A stretch of 64,000 nucleotides of DNA from the human T2T-CHM13v2.0 reference genome, Homo sapiens: the NCBI RefSeq assembly GCF_009914755.1, contig NC_060947.1; one strand, 5' to 3'. Position 1 is the first letter of the stretch; the number at the start of each line of letters is the position of its first letter. The notes under the pieces are model-generated. The model saw only the letters and a list, made by a program, of their open reading frames with translations, did not search any database and was not told the origin of the DNA. Shown one piece after another: positions 55,501-64,000 of the stretch. The translations under genes were made by a program, and so were the position numbers.

Positions 55501-56114
55501 TTATACATGTGTGAGTGTGTGTGGCTGTGTGTGTGATATTTATATCAACCATTTAGGTTGGATATTTATGCTATTGAAATGATTCGTATTGAATGAGATC
55601 ACCAACAAAGGAATGGGTTTAGATAGAAAAGAAAAGAGGCTCAAGAACTGAGGCCTAGGAGAATCCAACGGTTAGAGGGCAGGGAACAGAGGAGGAATGA
55701 CCAGAAATAGAATGAAAACTCAAAAAGCCAAGTGTCTTGGATGCCAAGAAGAGTGTTTCAAGGGGGAGGGAGTGATTCCCTGGGTCAAATGCTGCCAATG
55801 AGGAATACAAAGACTGAGAATTTACCTTTGGATCATTCCTATGGTTGTGGGAGAGTTAAGTGAGATGATGTATGGAACAGCTAACAGTGTGCCCAAGAAG
55901 TAGAAAGCATTATAAAGTTCCTGAGTGTCCCTCTTCCCTGCTTTTGCCCATTTCGTTTCTTCACCTGGTATTCTGTCCTCTGCTTATCCATATTGTGAAC
56001 CAACTTGGATCCCACCTGTTCTCTGAAATCTTTTCTGGGTACTCTAAATCTTAGGGACCTTCCTCACCTCTGGGGTCTCCTTACTACGTGGTCCGTGCTG
56101 CCAAGCTACAGAAA

Positions 56115-56325
56115 GCAACGTGGTATGCAGAAGCTTGCTTGGACTCCAGTGTGAGACTGCCTGTCCTTGAATTTCAACTCTACCACTTACTAGCTGAGTG
56201 AACTTAGGGAAACTATGTAACCTCTCTGAGCCTCTATTTCCTCATCTTAAAAATCAGGACAAACACAATGATCTCATCTGCATTATTGTTAGGAGTAAAT
56301 GAGATAATATTTATAAAACCTTTGG
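56115..56325 (+). mobile_element. MIR
   Basis: taccacttactagctgagtgaacttaggg...ctctctgagcctctatttcctcatctt. Confidence 0.8.
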
Positions 56326-59300
56326 GTTCAGCAGATCCTTTCTCTTTCCTGCTGCACACCTTAGCATTGTTTCATGTGTGCCGGTTTGCTCTTACCAATA
56401 AGCATCTTGAGGGTCGGAGTCATGCCTTAGTGTTCCTTTCTGTCCCCTGTTGCATCGAGCATGTTGATGGGTTCCACAAGTGCTTTACTGACATCAGAAG
56501 TATTTTCTAATCCAGAGTACAAATTACAGCCTGTCAAAAAGAAACACACAGCTGTGGTGTCTGGTTTACAGGTAGCAAGTCATCAGGAATGCTTAGCACG
56601 TATGGACCATTTCACAGAGAGTGTCTGAAACAAGATATTTCTTTCTAGGTATGTATCTTTTATCCAAGGAAAGCTGGAATCTTGTTTTGATTATGACAAT
56701 TACAAACTATGAAATTTTAGATAGCAAGAGAATGGAAGACATAAAGTAGGTAAAGTAATAGAAAATTAATTTCAGCAAAGCTAAAGCAAGCAAGTTTGGA
56801 AGAACTTGGTGGCTAAGGCATTACAAGGTGGTAGAAAGACCACTGGGTAGACAATCAGAGGAACTGGTAGTTCTGGTCTTGTTTTTGCCCCTCACCGCTT
56901 GGGTGGTTTTGACTGAGTTAATAAACCTTCCCCTGGCAACACACACATGCCTTGGCCTCTTCTCTGAAATAAGGAAATAGGACCTTGGGTGGTTGTGTCT
57001 GAGCTCCCTTTCATCTCAAGGACCCATTCATTCAAGACACACTCATCAAGGTCTCCTACGTGCTTGGTACTGGAAGAGACACTGGGAATATAGAGAAGAA
57101 AACTATGAAATTCAGTAGTCATTGCTCTGGTGGTAGATCATGGGTATATTAAATTCCATATATTATATCTTCTCAGTTAATATAAGGAAGTCAACAATCA
57201 GTCAAGTTTGTTTCCTATTTCAACCATTGTTCCTATAATAGCTAACGTCCTGCATGACCAAATGCAAAAACAGCAATGAATTTGAAGGAACAGTCTCCTT
57301 TTTTTTAAAAAAAAAAAAAAAACCTGTTCTTTCTCCTGCTAAAAGATAACCACACTCCATATTGAATTATCCCTGAAAGACACAAGGCCTGTGTTTCTCA
57401 GGGTCACAAATGATGACTTGCTAGTTTATGTCCCAATCCCATTTTCTAAAAGTTGTGTCACAGTTGTTCTGATAAAAGGGAGATTCCTTCAGGGAGACAA
57501 TGACCTTTTTTAGGGAAAAGTTAATTTATTAACTTTAATTAATTGTGTGTTTTGTTTCTGGTGCATGTCAGCCTCACCTCTGGATTGGACCGAGCATGGA
57601 TACACTGGGCCATTACCATGATTTATCAGGAGCTGATTACCTAGCCAATCATTCCCATCATTCCCTTACTGAAATAAACTGAGAAAAATCAAACTAACCT
57701 TCTATTCACTGGAAGATATTCCAAATGGTGGTTTGCTTCATGCTTGCACAGAGACTCTGGCTGGGCAGCCCAGATGATCACTTTGTGTGATGTGATGCCC
57801 ACAGCTGCCTAGCTGTCTCCAAGGGCCCAATCATTTATCGCTTCTCTTTGGCTGTGTGTGTGTGCAAGCAGGCAGCTGGGGGTGTGTGTGACCCCAGGGC
57901 TTCTACAATAAATCAGAATCCCTAATGCCAGATGCATGCTCATCCTTCCGCATTAATTTATTGTGGGGTTTTGACACAAGGAGGGACTACATTTATTTTT
58001 CCTGAATGAGAAAAGGCAGAATTGGACATTGAAGTCTCCTGAACTAAAGTCCAAAGGAACAGGGACACCCACACTGGTGGTGATGGCGGGGGTGGGAAGG
58101 GAAGCATTGAAATCAGCAGTTCACCTGGGCATGGCTTGTCTAGAGATGATGTTGTCCGTGGGATAACAGCACAAATCTTAGGTCCTCAGACAGACTGCCT
58201 TGCTTTTCTGAGTTCAGAAGGCCACTGTAAATCTAAGACTTAAGCTTGGTTTTTCAGTTTCAAAGTTGCTACATTTCTAACCAGAAATCTGTAGGGGCAT
58301 AATATTTGGTTTTTATCTCAAGCCTCCCCCAGTAGGTTATTAAGCTCCCTTAAACATCGCTCAGCAGCCTTGTACGATGCTACGAGGAGGGGGAGAAAAA
58401 AACCTTCTGATATATTGTTTCATCTCATTGCTGCTTTTCCTAAAGCTCCCTAGATTTTACTTTGTTACCCTGGGAATTAGAAAGATTCTGAGGCTTTCTT
58501 ATATTTCTGAAAAAGCAGCTTTTGGATATGCTGATAATGGCTAACCAGTCCTCAAATTTGTTGGCTTTTCTTCTCATTAGCACATAATCTCAGCTGTGAA
58601 CTTGGACCTTCTAAAAGGAAGAGCCAAGTGTCAGCAAAGAGTATTTATGCAGGTTGGCCTCAGATTGGCCTATCGCAGCTCCTTGATACCGACACCAAAA
58701 CTCTTCTGGGTAGAGTGACATGGAGAACATGCTTATAGAGGAAAGAAAAAAATTTGGCTGGGTTTATTTATTAGAAATTAATATGCCTCTTTTGGGGCTA
58801 GTTTTGTGACAAGTTGTGTCATTTGTAGGACTGGTTGGGGGCCCATACACCACAGCCATTCATTTTCTCAGGTGCTATGTATTCCCCACAAGAAAATCTT
58901 CATCCACCATTAGCCTCATCCCTGATGGCCTATATTAATTTATAACTGAGGGGAATTGCAAAAATGCACCATGTTTCACAGAAGCAAGGCAAGCTTTAGT
59001 AACCCTTTTAAAGTAATAATAAATTAAGGGGCAAAGAATGCCCGTATTTATCTTGCATCATTTTTATAGTTATTGCTGCTATTTTTCTTATGCTAGCTTA
59101 ATTAAGATATGTCTTTGGGGAATTAACTTCTGTTGGAAAGGAGCAGAACTTTTTTTTAAAATGGCTTTGTTTTATTTCTGTGAATAAAGAGTAGGTACCG
59201 TGGGTTGATCAGATGGAGAAAAGTGGAGAATTCTCGCCTGGGAGTCTCATCCCAATTCTACCACACACTACCAGGTGACTTGGGTGTTACTTTCCCCATC

Positions 59301-59443
59301 TGGGCCTCAGATCTAGAGGAAGAAGTTGGATGAACCAATCTCCAATCTCTGATGCCCTTCTCCTCGTTTTTTTGATCATCCTCAGGTTGATAACTGAGCA
59401 GTCAAGCCAATCACTGTCAGATCTTTTCACATCAATCACAAAA

Positions 59444-59485
59444 CTCCCCAAAATCACTGAAACCTCCCCAAAATCACTGAAACCT
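59444..59485. repeat. 20-bp tandem duplication
   Basis: ctccccaaaatcactgaaac occurs twice, followed by ct. Confidence 0.9.
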
Positions 59486-61312
59486 ATGTTAGTTTTTAAA
59501 CACTGAACTGGGTAGGCCCTTCAGTATCCAGATCGATCATTATACAGCTGGTTGTTATGACAGCCAGAAACACTGCTGCAAACGCCAAAGACTTACTAGA
59601 GAGAAATGGACACAACCAGATGCCCCTCTGCTATGAGAACTTTAAAGGGGCCGAGTTGACCCTGTGGATTTGTTCTCTCCTGCCCAGGGTTGACACTGGT
59701 CCCATTAGCCTTTCTCTCTGACACAAGATTTTGTGCTTACTCATTTTATGACAGCTTTGTATTTAATCCACAAAGCAACTCTGGTTGACTTGAAAAGTCC
59801 GTCTATAGCCAACCATAGCATGCTTCTTCAAGCTAATTATTTGTTTTAAAAAAATCCATATACATAGTAAATTCTTGTGCATGTACATTTTTATTTTCAT
59901 ATTAATTTTATATGACATGGGTCAAGCAATAGCTCAATCTGGCTGGTTAAGAAGGGCATACGATGCCCTTTTAAGGTTTTGCAATCACAAAAGGTTTCCC
60001 CTCTTCAGTTCCTCTTGAAAAGGCATATTTTTTCCTGGTCAAAGATAAATAATACAGCAATCATTCCAAACAGGCTCCCCTTCAACAGGCCCCATTCCAC
60101 CAAGCAGGACATTGGCTGTTACCACTGATGGTAAATCACTAGACTGTGGAGCCATCTTTGCCAGTCAGAAATATTTCCTTACCACACCAGCTCTGTTTGG
60201 TTGGTCAGGGGTTTGTGCAGTTCCTGGCACAGGGAGAGCCTTCTCCTCCTCTGCCAGGTTTCTTTCAGACTTGCTACAGCCTTGTTTCAACTCTGGCTCA
60301 GAAGCCAACCCACAAAACTACCTTTCCAATTACTCCTTTTGGCTCAGAGAATGTTGTCCAGTTTCCTGTGAGGGCCTCAGTCAAAGGCGTTGTTGTTCCC
60401 AGAGCTGGTACCCCTGTGGGATAGGCCATTGCCAATCACGTCTCCCTCACCCACCCCAGCCCTGGGGACTGTTGGGGGACTTTGAGTTCCCACAGACCCA
60501 GAAGCAGGCAATGAGAGTCTGGGATGCCATTGGACAACGTTGCAGTGCATAATGATGGGGTTCTGAATCTTGTGACTTATAAAGACCTTGGTCAAGTTGA
60601 CTCCGAAAATAAAGAAGAAAATGTCGTCAAGCAACAGCAGATAACAATAATACGGATTAGGTCTCAAACTAACACAAACTAATTTGAGATTTCAGGCCAC
60701 TTAGCAGGAGACCTCCTATTCATCTTCTCAAACTCCATCCCTCTCCTGTCAACACACACAATGTTCCCTTTCTCAGGAAGTAATTTCTGTTTAAAAGCTT
60801 TTATTGATCACTTTATGGTGATTTCATTCTCAGATTTACAATACCTCTCAGACTCCATACACATAAGCCATGGAATCTTAATTTCTGAAGAAGGAGTAGC
60901 TGCTGTTTGTTCATAAGAAGACATCAGGTTTGGCCAATGCCCTGATTTCTTTAGGGGAAGACTCTGTCCCTGGAACTGAGGAAGGGATAATGCTCTAAAT
61001 GCCATGTGGTCAGTGGCAGCTGAACCTTATATGAACTAAGTCACTTCAGCACACAGGTTCCGTTGCACCCCACCCATCCCCATCCTTGCCCCTCTCCTTA
61101 CTTTGTCCACTTGTTTGATAATGGGATGGGAGACATCAAGCCAAAATATTTATTAAGTACACTCTGCATGCAGAACACAGTCCAAAGCAAAAAGAATGGG
61201 GGAAGGGAATCAAAACTGATAGCTCAGCCCTTACAGTTTCTTGCTAAGGATCTTCCTGTAGCTTGATAACTGGACTCTTCCACACTGCCAGCTTCTCCTC
61301 TACTCTCTAATA

Positions 61313-61499
61313 CAGTGGTTCTCCAACTTTAGGGGCATCAGAATCACCTGGGGGCTTGTGAAAACACAGGTTTCTAGGCCCCACCCCCAGATTGTCTAAT
61401 TTAGTAGGTCTAGGAGTGGAGGCAAGAATTTACTTCACTAAAAAGTTCCCAGATGATTCTTACTTTCATGGTCCGGAGACCACACTTGGGAAACTACTG
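61313..61499. mobile_element. MER5A, full length
   Basis: TIRs cagtggttctc and gaaactactg; degenerate 8-bp TSD ctctaata/ttctaatc. Confidence 0.88.
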
Positions 61500-61679
61500 T
61501 TCTAATCCATCCTTCTCTCTGTTTCCAGAGTGATCCTCTAGTACTGAGGTCTGATCAAACACTCACCACCCAGTCACCATGGAATAAAGTCTCACTTCAA
61601 TATGGCAGTTGTTAGGGTCTCCACAACGTGGTCCCCACTGATGTGTGCAGCCACAATCTCACACATCCCATGTTCTAGT

Positions 61680-62145
61680 ACTTAGATTGAGTTCCCTCAG
61701 AAGCAAATCCTGAGACAAGGATTTGAAGAGCAATGCCAGGAGCAATAGTATGAGAGGCAATAAGTGAGACTGGGAAGGAAAGGAAACCAATACGGTATGA
61801 ATTAATAAGAAGATTACTGCTGTGGGCAACTGGGGCTCCATCTCACTGGGTGTCTCTGAAGACTGCATGGAGCATAGCTCAGAGTTTTATTGTCTGAGGG
61901 AGTGAGGGGCCTGGGGATTTAGTCACCAACTTCTGCCAGTCACTGGTTGAGGGCTACTTCTAGACTAATTAATTACCCATTACTCCCGGCATGCCCTGTG
62001 TACAAGTCTAGCTTACTCTGATGGCCAGAGAAAGCCCGCAGGTAGTGTCCCAGGAATTTGAAGTAGGAAGCCACCAGGTCAGGGTCCATGGGAATGGTGA
62101 GAGCTGAGGGTTCTTTGATGGGGCACCAACAGCTTCTGCTCCACC
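61680..62145 (-). mobile_element. LTR16/LTR33-like (ERVL) solo LTR
   Basis: gttccctcagaagcaaatcctgagacaaggatttg...actgctgtgggcaactggggctc...cactggttgagggct. Confidence 0.65.
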
Positions 62146-64000
62146 CGCCAAACCCATTCTCTTCATGCCAGCTCTTTCTCACATCTGCTCTTCTGCACAG
62201 ACAGGCCCGGGCCTGCCTTCTCCGACTTTGGCTCTCTGGAAGACAGAGTTCTGGACTGGGCTGAGCCATTTCTTTGGGGTGTGGGTGGGCAAAAGCCTGG
62301 GTTATCCTTGGCCCAACAGACCAGATGAAGTTAAGGAGCCCGAGGGCAGGAAGTGAGTAAAAACAGCAGCCCCAAGAGGCCGGCGGACACTAGGAAAAAA
62401 TGCTGCAGGGTGGGTTGTGGCTTGGGGGGCTGAAAAAGCAACTGAGGTGTCTGGAGGCACACTCTTTGGAGATAATCAATTTGGGACATAATTTGAGCTC
62501 TTTTGCCTTCTTTAGGCCAGTGGCAGCTACCTGCCCTGCAGTGATTATGAAATATAATAGAATCCTATTGCCCAAATGAGAAGTCTGAAGGAGTAGAGGC
62601 TACACATCACTGCTAAGCTGGTTCCTGGATGTCTTTAAAAAACTCATCGATGTGGTCACTGTGACTGTATTCTGGTACTTTGATTTGAAGTGCCACCCCG
62701 CCCAAGTGCTGATACAACTCTTTCCCGCTCAGTCAGTCTTTGCCTCAGGCATCAAGCCTAAGAAATTGTGGATTCCTTGAGAATCCAATAGCATGGAACA
62801 CTAGGACCATCAACACGTTGAGAATGTTCTCTCCCTTGATTTCAGACAGACTTATTCTGCTATTGGGGTTACGTGAGTGCACTTATGGCTCACTTAAAGT
62901 GATTCAGAGCAGTAAATGTGTGTGACATTGATTGTGTGGGTGGGCAAGAAGGACAAGAATAATAAGCAACAAAAAATTCCCATTTAATGTTATATTGTAA
63001 CTTAATATTCTCTATACAAAAAAATAAAATGTTTTCTCTTAAAAATATAGAAATATTTTCCTGAGGAAATTTCTAACCAAAACTGTCTTATGCTCATAAA
63101 ATGTTAGTGAGTGGCTGGTTCATATCCTTTATTGTTTTAAAATATCCTTATCCTTTTTAATCATGGTTGAAGTGATATATGCATGAACTTTGCAAGGCAT
63201 AAGAAAACATAATTTACTTGACATGATTTGGGGAGAGAAAAACTGAAATATATTAAACAACCCTCAACCGCATTATTTAGAAAGAAGAAAATCAGAGACA
63301 CTAATTGCCCATGATGGCTATTTATACAACACACCACTGGAGGCAAGGGATACTGGCTGCTCTTGAAATAGGCAGTTTAAATCTGATCCAGCAGGCAACC
63401 AGTGGAGCCAGTAAAGACACATAATCTGGGAGGTGACATGTTTTCTCTGTTAAAGTTCAGCTATTGAGAAGGTAAAGAAACAAGAACAGGCCCTAAGTCT
63501 AATTTTGAAATCTCAAACGAAACTGCAGAGTGGGAAAACTCTGTCCCCTTTCCTATCTCATTCACCTGCTTGATGCCCTTCCTGTAGATGCCCACCATCC
63601 TGAAGATGACCCCTAAATGTCCCAAACTCAACTAAGCAATGACTCCTGCTCTAGAATGATCCTTTCTTTTCTTCACATCAACGAAAATGTACCTGTGTCT
63701 TATCCTTCAAGTTTGCTGTATGATTAATTAGCTGCCAGCTATTGTATAATCTAATAAACAAATTCCCAAGAAGGAGTCAAGGGCTAATGGTGGCAAAAGG
63801 AAAATCCATCAATTTCCCACTTCAATCTGGGTATCAATGTAGGAAGGTCCTATTTTGTTAATGGATTCTGTTACTGTGAACACTAAAAGTGAAATGAAGA
63901 AATACCTGGGGAATCCCTCAATGTTTTAAGGATTTTAGTAGTTCCCAAAGAAGTTGTGATGGGCGAATACACTCAGTTGCCAAATCATTTTGTTCCCTAT

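Noticed and set aside
60112-60552. Longest ORF (146 aa)
   Set aside because: Starts at TTG, has no recognisable domain and no exon context; its length is compatible with chance in 64 kb.

Overview
Repeat-rich primate (very probably human) non-coding genomic DNA, intergenic or deep intronic. I found no credible protein-coding exon, RNA gene, CpG island or CRISPR array. The short ORFs in the track are reading-frame by-products of Alu, L1, LTR and microsatellite sequence, or chance ORFs. Much of the window is interspersed repeat: 9 Alus, more than 14 L1 fragments, about 17 solo LTRs (MaLR, ERVL, ERV1), MIR, L2, probable CR1/L3, and DNA transposons (MER5A, MER20, MER44A, MER94, DNA1_Mam). Subfamily names are recalled by eye, and boundaries without TSDs are approximate. 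Structure not explained by plain repeat annotation: (1) a dispersed ~325-bp direct duplication of about 91% identity (9263-9586 and 13755-14079); (2) an adjacent L1PA insertion carrying a ~100-bp 3' transduction inside one 14-bp TSD; (3) a 38-bp orphan TPRT-like micro-insertion with an 18-bp TSD; (4) a multi-layer TE nest at 42.2-44.2 kb, with two MaLR LTRs inserted 9 bp apart in a MER94 terminus; (5) an Alu that duplicated an LTR's TATA box; (6) two repeat-poor islands with AP-1 or PBX/HOX/MEIS motif clusters that may be enhancers. I do not see convincing evidence of a new biological system.
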